DNA of 64,000 nt, from the NCBI GenBank assembly GCA_002269645.1, contig NIVC01001758.1, positions 1-64,000 of the forward strand, read 5' to 3'. A program made the translations under genes and the position numbers. The DNA comes from Macrostomum lignano (lineage: Eukaryota). This document shows positions 25,259 through 38,343 of the stretch, one piece after another. Position 1 is the stretch's first letter. The number at the start of each line of letters is the position of its first letter. The notes beneath the pieces were generated by a model, which was given only the letters and a program-made list of their open reading frames with translations, had not been told where the DNA came from and did no database searches.

Positions 25259-26659
25259 GTGAATGCCTGCCTGTCTGTCTTTTGTTTCTGTATATAAAAC
25301 TAAGGGTATTATTGAAAAAGGTCCAAAAATACCGCAAACCTTTCTAGTTTCTATAATGCATCGATTATATTTAGACCTGCTATATACGGTCGGCAGTGGC
25401 GTAGCCAAGGGTGGGTCATGAAGGGCCATTGCCCCCCCCCCCCGGACTGCAGTTCATTTAAAATTTGAATCTTAATTTTTACGATTGTCAACAAAAAAGG
25501 TGAGGTGATGATAGTACTAAAACTGGAAATGGAAAGCCTGGACCCGCCGGGAAAAATATTACCCTATGTTACAATGTCACTGACTTTGTTGTGGGTCTGG
25601 CTCGCGACCCCTCACAGATGCAAATCCTGACTGCGACTGTTGCATGGTCTGGAACTTGTCTTTTCAAGCCTGTCAGCCAGAAAATAAAAACTTCCTCCCG
25701 ATTTCTCACGGCTTTTTTCTCTCCTTCTGATTATTTGCTTTTCATGTTTTCCGCGAAATGCAGCCGGCCCCGCTTGGCGTGCGTGCACGGCACAGCACCG
25801 CATGCGGCCGCGCACTGAGCGGAGAGACAGAACGGCCTAGCTGGAGGACTGACTGCACAGGGAGCCTGGCCCGTGTCTTCAAAGGGAGATACCGACAAAC
25901 GACTGCAGGATGGATAAAAAATCGAATAGCGTGGGCGGCTGTGACTCAGCCCGTTGGAGCCGCAAACAGCTCCAGTCCAGTGCGAACAACGCGACTAAAA
26001 AGTCAGTTAGACCAACGCTTTTTTAGCATTATAATTTAGTAACTCGATACCTTCCAAGCTCTGATCTGCTCAAACCATAAGTAAGACTAAGAGAGCAGTT
26101 TTAGGTAACATTTCCACATGGTTTTCCCTATATTTTGTCTCAGGATTTTTTTCACACTTTGTGCCATATTGTCTCACCTTACCTATAATCATCGTGCACG
26201 GCTCTTACCGAATGAGTGAGCCCAGTTAAAAGCAGATGAAACACTTTTTTACCCTTCTTCTTTTCCATTTGTCAACTTTGAGTCTCTCTCCGCGGTTGCT
26301 CGTCATCATTAAGTAAGCGTAGGCTTACTGGGGGGTTAACCTGATACGCCCCTGGCCCCGGTAAAGGTGCTAAAAATATCTTCAGTGGATTGGAAGCTAT
26401 ACAATGAAATCAGAGGAAGAGCAAGGACAACTGAAGCAGAATGACGCGAACAGTCGCTAAAAGTTAGGCGAAGGAACGGGGGGGACAGTGGGGCCATGCC
26501 CCCCCCCCGCCCCACTTTTTAAAGTGGGGAGCCAATAATGGTATCTGGCCCCTCCAAATTTTAAATGCAAAATGTAGACTTTTTGCTTATATTTACTCTT
26601 ATTTCTGGTTTTTGCTGCTTTGCATGAATGCATTTTGCTGCAGGACGATAAAACACAGT

Positions 26660-26975
26660 GCCTGCGGCGCCAAAATGAATGCCTGCGGCGCTAAAATGAG
26701 TGCCTGCGGCGCCAAAATGAATGCCTGCGGCGCTAAAATGAGTGCCTGCGGCGCCAAAATGAGTGCCTGTAGCGCTAAAATGAGTGCCTGCGGCGCTAAA
26801 ATGAGTGCCTGAGAAGCTAAAATGAGTGCCTGCGGCGCCAAAATGAGTGCCTGCGGTGCCAAAATGAGTGCCTGCGGCGCCAAAATGAGTGCCTGCGGTG
26901 CCAAAATGAGTGCCTGCGGCGCCAAAATGAGTGCCTGCGGCGCCAAAATGAGTGCCTGCGAAGCTAAAATGAGTG
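26660..26975. repeat. 21-bp minisatellite (AAAATGAGTGCCTGCGGCGCY), probably inside a G/C-tract MITE (~26464-27146)
   Basis: Tandem units, flanked by imperfect TIR-like TAGGCGAAGGAAC / GTTCCTACGCCTA; no clear TSD. Confidence 0.85.
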
Positions 26976-28192
26976 CTGACAACACCGATTCAGAAAATAA
27001 TCGGTACACGATAATGTGCATTTCCCATATACGAGTAAAAAATAAAAAAACTAACTCGCGGGGCGTACGCCCTGTGCGCCCCCTTCCCCTAAATCCACCA
27101 CTGAACCTGCCCCCCCCCCACTTTTTGAAACGTTCCTACGCCTATGTTCATTTCGATGTTACTGTGCGAAGTTTGGAAGTTCAAAAAATTAAATTCCGAC
27201 CCGAAAAATCCCTAAATCCTTCTTGCAAGAGCCGCGGTAAATATCATAGGAAAAAGTGGCTGCATTGAGCAAATGTTGAGTTGAAGACAAAGCTCAAATA
27301 GACAGACCGACATGCGAGCTATGAGCATGTGCTCAACTTCAGCCGCTGGGCCCTGTGCAGTCTGTCTGTGGTTAATAATTTAAACGCGATCAACTTGTTG
27401 AAATCAAACATACCCCCCCTGCCACTCAGGTGAAATCCGGTTTTTTGAGATTGTAATCAACTAATCTGGGCCTGCAATTGGTACTTTATTTCAAACACAA
27501 GACTTTACCCATTGAATTTCTATGCAAAACTCTTTGTCTTTAAACTATAGCAAACTGCCTCTTGTATACAATTGTTTGATATAAGCCCTGCATAGACGGT
27601 CTTTGTCCCTTTGAATGTTCCGCTTTAGCCTCGGGAAGTGATGAAGCGTTACATATTATACAGTACTACAAGACAGAATGCTCTATATATGATACTGCTG
27701 TATGTCTTGGTTAAATAAAAACCTAAACAGGCATTTTTGGTAGAAATTTTGAGCCAATCAAGCGTGATCGCGTAGTGAAGCGCATTGTAAAGCAGTTTGA
27801 GCAGCCCACTTGTCCAGCAGCAAACTGCTCAAAGAGGAAGCAAGACAAAATTTGAAATTTGGGGACTCAATACAAGACGGAAGTGGAAGCGAAGCGGATG
27901 CCCCTTCCATTGAAATTTGCCATTTTTTCAGCTGTTTTTTTTGGGAACCGCATGGCGTGTCAGTTGCTGCGGCAATGGGGGCCGGGGGTGGGGACAGTCT
28001 GCAGATGTTTTGCTTTCGGCTCGACTCGGTAGGCAACTGCGTTTGACAGACAAGAGTTCCGCAGGTGTTTCCGCATTAAAAAAAGAAAATTGTTGCTGTT
28101 CGTTGAAGAAGAAATCCCCCTTGCTTTAGTTTTGATTTGCGATTGGGATTACCCAATATTTAGGATCGATTCGTATCGAAATATAAATAGGT

Positions 28193-28808
28193 GATCCTCA
28201 GAACTGGGATGTGAGGATATGGTGATCCTCAGAACTGGGATGTGAGGATATGGTGATCCTCAGAACTGGGATGTGAGGATATGGTGATCCTCAGAACTGG
28301 GATGTGAGGATATGGTGATCCTCAGAACTGGGATGTGAGGATATGGTGATCCTCAGAACTGGGATGTGAGGATATGGTGATCCTCAGAACTGGGATGTGA
28401 GGATATGGTGATCCTCAGAACTGGGATGTGAGGATATGGTGATCCTCAGAACTGGGATGTGAGGATATGGTGATCCTCAGAACTGGGATGTGAGGATATG
28501 GTGATCCTCAGAACTGGGATGTGAGGATATTGTGATCCTCAGAACTGGGATGTGAGGATATTGTGATCCTCAGAACTGGGATGTGAGGATATGGTGATCC
28601 TCAGAACTGGGATGTGAGGATATGGTGATCCTCAGAACTGGGATGTGAGGATATTGTGATCCTCAGAACTGGGATGTGAGGATATTGTGATCCTCAGAAC
28701 TGGGATGTGAGGATATGGTGATCCTCAGAACTGGGATGTGAGGATATGGTGATCCTCAGGACCTGGGATGTGAGGATATGGTGATCCTCAGGACCTGGGA
28801 TGTGAGGC
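28193..28808. repeat. 31-bp minisatellite (GAACTGGGATGTGAGGATATGGTGATCCTCA), ~20 near-identical copies
   Basis: Tandem units with an internal TGAGGAT/ATCCTCA inverted repeat. Confidence 0.97.
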
Positions 28809-29308
28809 CACGATGGTCCTCAGAACTCAAAGATAGCAAAGCATATAATTACTTGAAATAATTCAGTTAGCAAATTTTCAACTTACAGGTGCAACCCTCC
28901 TACGGGAGTTATTGGTGCAGTCCTTGCGCTGATCTAGCAGTACCATCATCTCTCGAATCAGGACTGACTAATTGGTGCCGACAATGAAAACAATGTTTTA
29001 ATGCCTAACAATTGTTGGCCTTACTAAATATGCTCTTCTTCAAGGAGCATCAACTGCGGTCAATTTGTAAGGTGAAGATTTTACCGGATTGAGGTTGGCG
29101 GTCTCCTGATTGCTCTGCAGCCTATTGGATGTGGCCGGGCGTCTCCTCCACTCATTGGCAGCCGGGGGAGACCAGTTGCGCACCAATTAGACTACTGATA
29201 GTAGGGACGGATGTTTTAGTTCGATGGATCGTAAGACAATTAAAAGAAACATGATCACGGAAAAGAACGTCAGAGAGAAGGATGGAGAGAGAGAAAGATG
29301 ATATTGAG

Positions 29309-29868
29309 AGCGGAGAGGTAGATTCTAATCAAACACTGAGGGAGCGGAGAGGCAGATTCTTAAGCACTGAGGGAGCGGAGAGGCAGATTCTCAAGCAGGT
29401 GAGGGAGCGGAGAGGCAGATTCTCAAGCAGGTGAGGGAGCGGAGAGGCAGATTCTCAAGCAGGTGAGGGAGCGGAGAGGCAGATTCTCAAGCAGGTGAGG
29501 GAGCGGAGAGGCAGATTCTCAAGCAGGTGAGAGAGCGGAGAGGCAGATTCTCAAGCAGGTGAGGGAGCGGAGATGCAGATTCTCAAGCACTGAGGGAGCG
29601 GAGATGCAGATTCTCAAGCACTGAGGGAGCGGAGAGGCAGATTCTCAAGCAGGTGAGGGAGCGGAGATGCAGATTCTCAAGCAGGTGAGGGAGCGGAGAG
29701 GCAGATTCTCAAGCACCGAGGGAGCGGAGAGGCAGATTCTCAAGCACTGAGGGAGCGGAGAGGCAGATTCTCAAGCACTGAGGGAGCAGAGAGGCAGATT
29801 CTCAAGCACTGAGGGAGCGGAGAGGCAGATTCTCAAGCACTGATGGAGCGGAGAGGCAGATTCTCAAG
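29309..29868 (+). repeat. 31-33-bp array (GAGGGAGCGGAGAGGCAGATTCTCAAGCACT), left arm of an inverted pair
   Basis: Reverse complement of the unit at 32378-37055. Confidence 0.95.
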
Positions 29869-30574
29869 AGCAGTACGGGAGATGCAAGTCAAGTCAGAAC
29901 TGAGAGCCAGAGTCTGCAGTAGAAATAAATATTCGTAGAATTTATAACACCTGGCCGAGATCGAAGAGAGCTCACCCTTGAGCAGTCACGCTAGGGAGGC
30001 GCTCAACACTGCACCGGATCGGAGCCAACTACTATTGGCATCAGATCGGCACGCTCTGGAATCCTGCTAGCAAACTTTTAGCAAAGCAAAGCTGTAAATT
30101 ATTCCAAGAGGGGCGCAAATTTAAAAGTCACAGATTTCTCATACTCAATCCAGGTTGATAGAGCATTTATTGTTGTAGGCGGGGTCATATTTCATATGGG
30201 GGGGGGGGCATTAGTTCCTATTTGTAGTACTTGAGGATTTTAGCTCGTATACCCCCTATGATCCTCTGGTCAGGTGCAACTGTTGCAGCGGAGTGAGTGT
30301 ACTTATATAAAAGTGGAAACTGACCGGAAATGACCGGAAACTGAAAGACAAGCATTAAACGAGCTTTCACGTTTCGTTTGTCGGCTCAACCTTTGCTGTC
30401 CCAGCGGTTGTAAAGGAGTCACAATCAAATGTCACGAATGTCCCCGCAAGTGGGTCAGTCCAAAATTATCGAAACAAAATAAAGATCGAGCGGTATATGA
30501 AAGGCAGTTAGTTCTGTTTTGGTGCGTTGCTTTCGTGACTTGCTCCTTAACTACAGTTGTATCATTCATGAGGC

Positions 30575-31870
30575 TGCCTAGAAGGGAGATGAGAAAGAGG
30601 CTGAGATTGAAGATAAGAAAGAGTCTGGGATTAGAGATGAGAAAGAGTCTGAGATTGAAGATAAGAAAGATTCTGAGAGTGGAGATGAGTAAGAATCTGA
30701 GATTGGAGATGAGAAAGAGTCTGAGATTAAAGATAAGAAAGATTCTGAGAGTGCAGATGAGAAAGAGTCTGAGATTGGAGATGAGAAAGAGTCTGAGATT
30801 GAAGATGAGTAAGAATCTGAGATTGGAGATAAGAAAGAGCCTGAGATTGGAGATAAGAAAGAGCCTGAGATTGGAGATAAGAAAGAGTCTGAGATTGAAG
30901 ATAAGAAAGATTCTGAGAGTGGAGATGAGTAAGAATCTGAGATTGGAGATGAGAAAGAGTCTGAGATTGAAGATGAGTAAGAATCTGAGATTGGAGATAA
31001 GAAAGAGCCTGAGATTGGAGATAAGAAAGAGCCTGAGATTGGAGATAAGAAAGAGGCTGAGATTGAAGATAAGAAAGATTCTGAGAGTGGAGATGAGTAA
31101 GAATCTGAGATTGGAGATGAGAAAGAGTCTGAGATTGAAGATGAGTAAGATTCTGAGAGTAGAGATGAGAAAGAGGCTGAGATTGGAGATAAGAAAGATT
31201 CTGTGACGGGAGATGAATAAGAATCTGAGAGTAGAGATGGGAAAGAGTCTGAGCTTGGAGATAAGAAAGAGTCTGTGACGTTAGATGAATAAGAGTCAGA
31301 GATAGGAGATGAATAAGAGTCAGAGATTGGAGATGAATAAGAGTCAGAGATTGGAGATGAATAAGAGTCAGAGATTGGAGATGAATAAGAGTCAGAGATT
31401 GGGGATGAATAAGAGTCAGAGATTGGAGATGAATAAGAGTCAGAGATTGGAGATGAATAAGAGTCAGAGATTGGAGATGAATAAGAGTCAGAGATTGGAG
31501 ATGAATAAGAGTCAGAGATTGGAGATGAATAAGAGTCAGAGATTGGAGATGAATAAGAGTCAGAGATTGGAGATGAATAAGAGTCAGAGATTGGAGATGA
31601 ATAAGAGTCAGAGATTGGAGATGAATAAGAGTCAGAGATTGGAGATGAATAAGAGTCAGAGATTGGAGATGAATAAGAGTCAGAGATTGGAGATGAATAA
31701 GAGTCAGAGATTGGAGATGAATAAGAGTCAGAGATTGGAGATGAATAAGAGTCAGAGATTGGAGATGAATAAGAGTCTGAGATTGGAGATGAATAAGAGT
31801 CAGAGATTGGAGATAAATAAGAGTCAGAGATTGGAGATGAATAAGAGTCAGAGATTGGGGATGAGAAAGA
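30575..31870. repeat. 24-bp purine-rich minisatellite (ATGAATAAGAGTCAGAGATTGGAG), diverged 5' half and homogeneous 3' half
   Basis: Tandem units seen directly. Confidence 0.95.
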
Positions 31871-32377
31871 GTCTTAAGTTACATTGCAAGAAGTAGATTT
31901 AATCAATTAAATACACATTCTACGAGCTGGTTTGTTCCTGTAAAAAAGATCAAAATAGTCATGTTTGGCAAACATGAGTATACTCGCAGAAGCGCGCGAC
32001 CTCGTGTGCAATTCTGTAGGGGTCAAAATTCGAGTTTTCTTGCCCTTAGTCTGCGAGCATTTGACCCTGAATGAGAAGGCACAGGGGACGGAGGGATCTT
32101 ATCATAACAACAGGCAAAGCGACGCGAACTCAGGTCAGAAAGTTTTGTTATTTCGTATAAGCGGCGAGATCAAAGGAAATTATTATCTACATGTATGTAT
32201 AAATATCATTTTCGCTTGTTGCTACAAAAAACCACTGGACGGAGTCTCCATACAATACTATGTCTGTTTTGGACCAAATACAAGCTATATAGCTCCTGCT
32301 TAAATTGATACATACATTCAGTGTGTGCACTCAGTTCGTGTTGCATCTCACGGGACTCTCCACCTCTTCCTCTCGGC

Positions 32378-35300
32378 AGCGCTTGAGAATCTGCCTCTCC
32401 GCTCCCCCCTGCTTGAGAATCTGCCTCTCCGCTCCCTCAGTGCTTGAGAATCTGCCTCTCCGCTCCCTCAGTGCTTGAGAATCTGCCTCTCCGCTCCCTC
32501 AGTGCTTGAGAATCTGCCTCTCCGCTCTCCCTCGGTGCTTGAGAATCTGCCTCTCCGCTCCCCCTGCTTGAGAATCTGCCTCTCCGCTCCCTCAGTGCTT
32601 GAGAATCTGCCTCTCCGCTCTCCCTCGGTGCTTGAGAATCTGCCTCTCCGCTCCATCAGTGTTTGAGAATCTGCCTCTCCGCTCCCTCAGTGCTTGAGAA
32701 TCTGCCTCTCCGCTCTCCCTCGGTGCTTGAGAATCTGCCTCTCCGCTCCCTCGGTGCTTGAGAATCTGCCTTTCCGCTCCCTCGGTGCTTGATAATCTGC
32801 CTTTCCGCTCCCTCAGTGCTTGAGAATCTGCCTCTCCGCTCCCTCAGTGCTTGAGAATCTGCCTCTCCGCTCCTCCCTGCTTGAGAATCTGCCTCTCCGC
32901 TCCCTCAGTGCTTGAGAATCTGCCTCTCCGCTCCCTCAGTGCTTGAGAATCTGCCTCTCCGCTCTCCCTCGGTGCTTGAGAATCTGCCTCTCCGCTCCCC
33001 CTGCTTGAGAATCTGCCTCTCCGCTCCCTCAGTGCTTGAGAATCTGCCTCTCCGCTCTCCCTCGGTGCTTGAGAATCTGCCTCTCCGCTCCCCCTGCTTG
33101 AGAATCTGCCTCTCCGCTCCCTCAGTGCTTGAGAATCTGCCTCTCCGCTCTCCCTCGGTGCTTGAGAATCTGCCTCTCCGCTCCCTCGGTGCTTGAGAAT
33201 CTGCCTTTCCGCTCCCTCGGTGCTTGATAATCTGCCTTTCCGCTCCCTCAGTGCTTGAGAATCTGCCTCTCCGCTCCCTTAGTGCTTGAGAATCTGCCTC
33301 TCCGCTCCTCCCTGCTTGAGAATCTGCCTCTCCGCTCCCTCAGTACTTGAGAATCTGCCTCTTCGCTCCCTCAGTGCTTGTGAATCTGCCTCTCCGCTCT
33401 CCCTCGGTGCTTGAGAATCTGCCTCTCCGCTCCATCAGTGCTTAAGAATCTGCCTCTCCGCTCTCCCTCGGTGCTTGAGAATCTGCCTCTCCGCTCCATC
33501 AGTGCTTGAGAATCTGCCTCTCCGCTCCCTCAGTGCTTGAGAATCTGCCTCTCCGCTCTCCCTCGGTGCTTGAGAATCTGCCTCTCCGCTCCATCAGTGC
33601 TTGAGAATCTGCCTCTCCGCTCCCTCAGTGCTTGAGAATCTGCCTCTCCGCTCCCTCAGTGCTTGAGAATCTGCCTCTCCGCTCCCTCAGTGCTTGAGAA
33701 TCTGCCTCTCCGCTCTCCCTCGGTGCTTGAGAATCTGCCTCTCCGCTCCCCCTGCTTGAGAATCTGCCTCTCCGCTCCCTCAGTGCTTGAGAATCTGCCT
33801 CTCCGCTCTCCCTCGGTGCTTGAGAATCTGCCTCTCCGCTCCCCCTGCTTGAGAATCTGCCTCTCCGCTCCCTCAGTGCTTGAGAATCTGCCTCTCCGCT
33901 CTCCCTCGGTGCTTGTGAATCTGCCTCTCCGCTCTCCCTCGGTGCTTGAGAATCTGCCTCTCCGCTCCATCAGTGCTTAAGAATCTGCCTCTCCGCTCTC
34001 CCTCGGTGCTTGAGAATCTGCCTCTCCGCTCCATCAGTGCTTGAGAATCTGCCTCTCCGCTCCCTCAGTGCTTGAGAATCTGCCTCTCCGCTCTCCCTCG
34101 GTGCTTGAGAATCTGCCTCTCCGCTCCATCAGTGCTTGAGAATCTGCCTCTCCGCTCCCTCAGTGCTTGAGAATCTGCCTCTCCGCTCCCTCAGTGCTTG
34201 AGAATCTGCCTCTCCGCTCCCTCAGTGCTTGAGAATCTGCCTCTCCGCTCTCCCTCGGTGCTTGAGAATCTGCCTCTCCGCTCCCCCTGCTTGAGAATCT
34301 GCCTCTCCGCTCCCTCAGTGCTTGAGAATCTGCCTCTCCGCTCTCCCTCGGTGCTTGAGAATCTGCCTCTCCGCTCCCCCTGCTTGAGAATCTGCCTCTC
34401 CGCTCCCTCAGTGCTTGAGAATCTGCCTCTCCGCTCTCCCTCGGTGCTTGAGAATCTGCCTCTCCGCTCCCTCGGTGCTTGAGAATCTGCCTTTCCGCTC
34501 CCTCGGTGCTTGATAATCTGCCTTTCCGCTCCCTCAGTGCTTGAGAATCTGCCTCTCCGCTCCCTCAGTGCTTGAGAATCTGCCTCTCCGCTCCTCCCTG
34601 CTTGAGAATCTGCCTCTCCGCTCCCTCAGTGCTTGAGAATCTGCCTCTCCGCTCCCTCAGTGCTTGAGAATCTGCCTCTCCGCTCTCCCTCGGTGCTTGA
34701 GAATCTGCCTCTCCGCTCCCCCTGCTTGAGAATCTGCCTCTCCGCTCCCTCAGTGCTTGAGAATCTGCCTCTCCGCTCTCCCTCGGTGCTTGAGAATCTG
34801 CCTCTCCGCTCCCCCTGCTTGAGAATCTGCCTCTCCGCTCCCTCAGTGCTTGAGAATCTGCCTCTCCGCTCTCCCTCGGTGCTTGAGAATCTGCCTCTCC
34901 GCTCCCTCGGTGCTTGAGAATCTGCCTTTCCGCTCCCTCGGTGCTTGATAATCTGCCTTTCCGCTCCCTCAGTGCTTGAGAATCTGCCTCTCCGCTCCCT
35001 TAGTGCTTGAGAATCTGCCTCTCCGCTCCTCCCTGCTTGAGAATCTGCCTCTCCGCTCCCTCAGTACTTGAGAATCTGCCTCTTCGCTCCCTCAGTGCTT
35101 GTGAATCTGCCTCTCCGCTCTCCCTCGGTGCTTGAGAATCTGCCTCTCCGCTCCATCAGTGCTTAAGAATCTGCCTCTCCGCTCTCCCTCGGTGCTTGAG
35201 AATCTGCCTCTCCGCTCCATCAGTGCTTGAGAATCTGCCTCTCCGCTCCCTCAGTGCTTGAGAATCTGCCTCTCCGCTCTCCCTCGGTGCTTGAGAATCT

Positions 35301-37055
35301 GCCTCTCCGCTCCATCAGTGCTTGAGAATCTGCCTCTCCGCTCCCTTAGTGCTTGAGAATCTGCCTCTCCGCTCTCCCTCGGTGCTTGAGAATCTGCCTC
35401 TCCGCTCCATCAGTGTTTGAGAATCTGCCTCTCCGCTCCCTCAGTGCTTGAGAATCTGCCTCTCCGCTCCCTCAGTGCTTGAGAATCTGCCTCTCCGCTC
35501 CCTCAGTGCTTGAGAATCTGCCTTTCCGCTCCCTCGGTGCTTGATAATCTGCCTTTCCGCTCCCTCAGTGCTTGAGAATCTGCCTCTCCGCTCCCTCAGT
35601 GCTTGAGAATCTGCCTCTCCGCTCCTCCCTGCTTGAGAATCTGCCTCTCCGCTCCCTCAGTGCTTGAGAATCTGCCTCTCCGCTCCCTCAGTGCTTGAGA
35701 ATCTGCCTCTCCGCTCTCCCTCGGTGCTTGAGAATCTGCCTCTCCGCTCCCCCTGCTTGAGAATCTGCCTCTCCGCTCCCTCAGTGCTTGAGAATCTGCC
35801 TCTCCGCTCTCCCTCGGTGCTTGAGAATCTGCCTCTCCGCTCCCCCTGCTTGAGAATCTGCCTCTCCGCTCCCTCAGTGCTTGAGAATCTGCCTCTCCGC
35901 TCTCCCTCGGTGCTTGAGAATCTGCCTCTCCGCTCCCTCGGTGCTTGAGAATCTGCCTTTCCGCTCCCTCGGTGCTTGATAATCTGCCTTTCCGCTCCCT
36001 CAGTGCTTGAGAATCTGCCTCTCCGCTCCCTTAGTGCTTGAGAATCTGCCTCTCCGCTCCTCCCTGCTTGAGAATCTGCCTCTCCGCTCCCTCAGTACTT
36101 GAGAATCTGCCTCTCCGCTCCCTCAGTGCTTGTGAATCTGCCTCTCCGCTCTCCCTCGGTGCTTGAGAATCTGCCTCTCCGCTCCATCAGTGCTTGAGAA
36201 TCTGCCTCTCCGCTCTCCCTCGGTGCTTGAGAATCTGCCTCTCCGCTCCATCAGTGCTTGAGAATCTGCCTCTCCGCTCCCTCAGTGCTTGAGAATCTGC
36301 CTCTCCGCTCTCCCTCAGTGCTTGAGAATCTGCCTCTCCGCTCCCTTAGTGCTTGAGAATCTGCCTCTCCGCTCCTCCCTGCTTGAGAATCTGCCTCTCC
36401 GCTCCCTCAGTACTTGAGAATCTGCCTCTCCGCTCCCTCAGTGCTTGTGAATCTGCCTCTCCGCTCTCCCTCGGTGCTTGAGAATCTGCCTCTCCGCTCC
36501 ATCAGTGCTTAAGAATCTGCCTCTCCGCTCTCCCTCGGTGCTTGAGAATCTGCCTCTCCGCTCCCTCAGTGCTTGAGAATCTGCCTCTCCGCTCCCTTAG
36601 TGCTTGAGAATCTGCCTCTCCGCTCCTCCCTGCTTGAGAATCTGCCTCTCCGCTCCCTCAGTACTTGAGAATCTGCCTCTCCGCTCCCTCAGTGCTTGTG
36701 AATCTGCCTCTCCGCTCTCCCTCGGTGCTTGAGAATCTGCCTCTCCGCTCCATCAGTGCTTGAGAATCTGCCTCTCCGCTCCCTCAGTGCTTGAGAATCT
36801 GCCTCTCCGCTCTCCCTCGGTGCTTGAGAATCTGCCTCTCCGCTCCCTCGGTGCTTGAGAATCTGCCTCTCCGCTCCCTCAGTGCTTAAGAATCTGCCTC
36901 TCCGCTCCATCAGTGTTTGAGAATCTGCCTCTCCGCTCCCTCAGTGCTTGAGAATCTGCCTCTCCGCTCCCTCAGTGCTTGAGAATCTGCCTCTCCGCTC
37001 CCTCAGTGCTTGAGAATCTGCCTCTCCGCTCTCCCTCGGTGCTTGAGAATCTGCT
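32378..37055 (-). repeat. 4.7-kb 31-33-bp array (GTGCTTGAGAATCTGCCTCTCCGCTCCCTCA) with higher-order structure, right arm of the inverted pair
   Basis: Roughly 150 units; rare GATAAT variant recurs at 435-bp spacing. Confidence 0.97.
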
Positions 37056-37704
37056 TCTTGAAGAATCTCTCAAGCGTCAATTTCCTTGGGAATATTTCGT
37101 AAATTACATGTAAAATCATCTCCAGTTTTAAAATTCGAACGATACTGTACTACTAATAGTAGACGAGATCTTCCTGATGATTTTTTGCAATTTTTTTTGG
37201 TCTGATGTTCTAGACAGGGAATTCAGAATTCGTTTAGTTTTATCATATTAAATGTTCTTAATAGGAAAATTATGTTTGCCCTTATCTTGAGAAAGACTTT
37301 CAACCAACGTTTCTAAGGCAGAGTTGACTTTCTCCTCTTCATCATCAATTTGCAGCAAGCACCTATCTGCTAATCCTCTCTTTTTCAGGCATAGTTATGG
37401 TAAATAATGGCAAATATTTGCGAAGTTTCCCAGCTAATTTCAGACTACTAACTTGCTAGTCAGTGCATGCCAAGGATAGCAATTTTACAATGAGCCAACT
37501 CTGCTGTCTGAAAGAACTCGGATTCCTTGTCACCATAAGATCAATAGGCGAGCTTACGGACCGATGAGCAGACGGAAGCAACTCTGTAAATTAATTTAAA
37601 TAATGGATTTGTCGATATTATGCTCGTAAATAACTTTTAAATAGGGAATAGTGACAAGTTAGCAACTAATGATGAAAAAACCCGAAAAAATATCTGGAAG
37701 CAGC

Positions 37705-38343
37705 AGAAGTGTCAGTGACGGCAACGGAAGCAGGAGAAGTGTCGGAGACGGCAACGGAAGCAGGAGAAGTGTCAGTGACGGCAACGGAAGCAGGAGAAGT
37801 GTCGGAGACGGCAACGGAAGCAGGAGAAGTGTCGGAGACGGCAACGGAAGCAGGAGAAGTGTCAGTGACGGCAACGGAAGCAGGAGAAGTGTCGGAGACG
37901 GCAACGGAAGCAGGAGAAGTGTCAGTGACGGCAATGGAAGCAGGAGAAGTGTCAGTGACGGCAATGGAAGCAGGAGAAGTGTCAGTGACGGCAATGGAAG
38001 CAGGAGAAGTGTCAGTGACGGCAATGGAAGCAGGAGAAGTGTCGGAGACGGCAACGGAAGCAGGAGAAGTGTCAGTGACGGCAACGGAAGCAGGAGAAGT
38101 GTCAGTGACGGCAACGGAAGCAGGAGAAGTGTCGGAGACGGCAATGGAAGCAGGAGAAGTGTCAGTGACGGCAACGGAAGCAGAAGTGTCAGTGACGGCA
38201 ATGGAAGCAGGAGAAGTGTCAGTGACGGCAACGGAAGCAGGAGAAGTGTCAGTGACGGCAACGGAAGCAGGAGAAGTGTCAGTGACGGCAACGGAAGCAG
38301 GAGAAGTGTCAGTGACGGCAACGGAAGCAGGTGAAGTGTCGGA
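37705..38343. repeat. 30-bp minisatellite (GTCAGTGACGGCAACGGAAGCAGGAGAAGT), ~21 copies
   Basis: Tandem units seen directly. Confidence 0.97.

Noticed and set aside
28193-28808. CRISPR-like array (31-bp partly palindromic repeat); also considered for 46015-46550
   Set aside because: Units are directly adjacent with no unique spacers, no cas genes, and the context is eukaryotic.
30535-31896. Basic repeat ORFs (MRKSLRLE, MNKSQRLE) resembling protamine or coiled-coil proteins
   Set aside because: Confined to a 24-bp satellite with no unique flanking coding sequence or supported gene structure.
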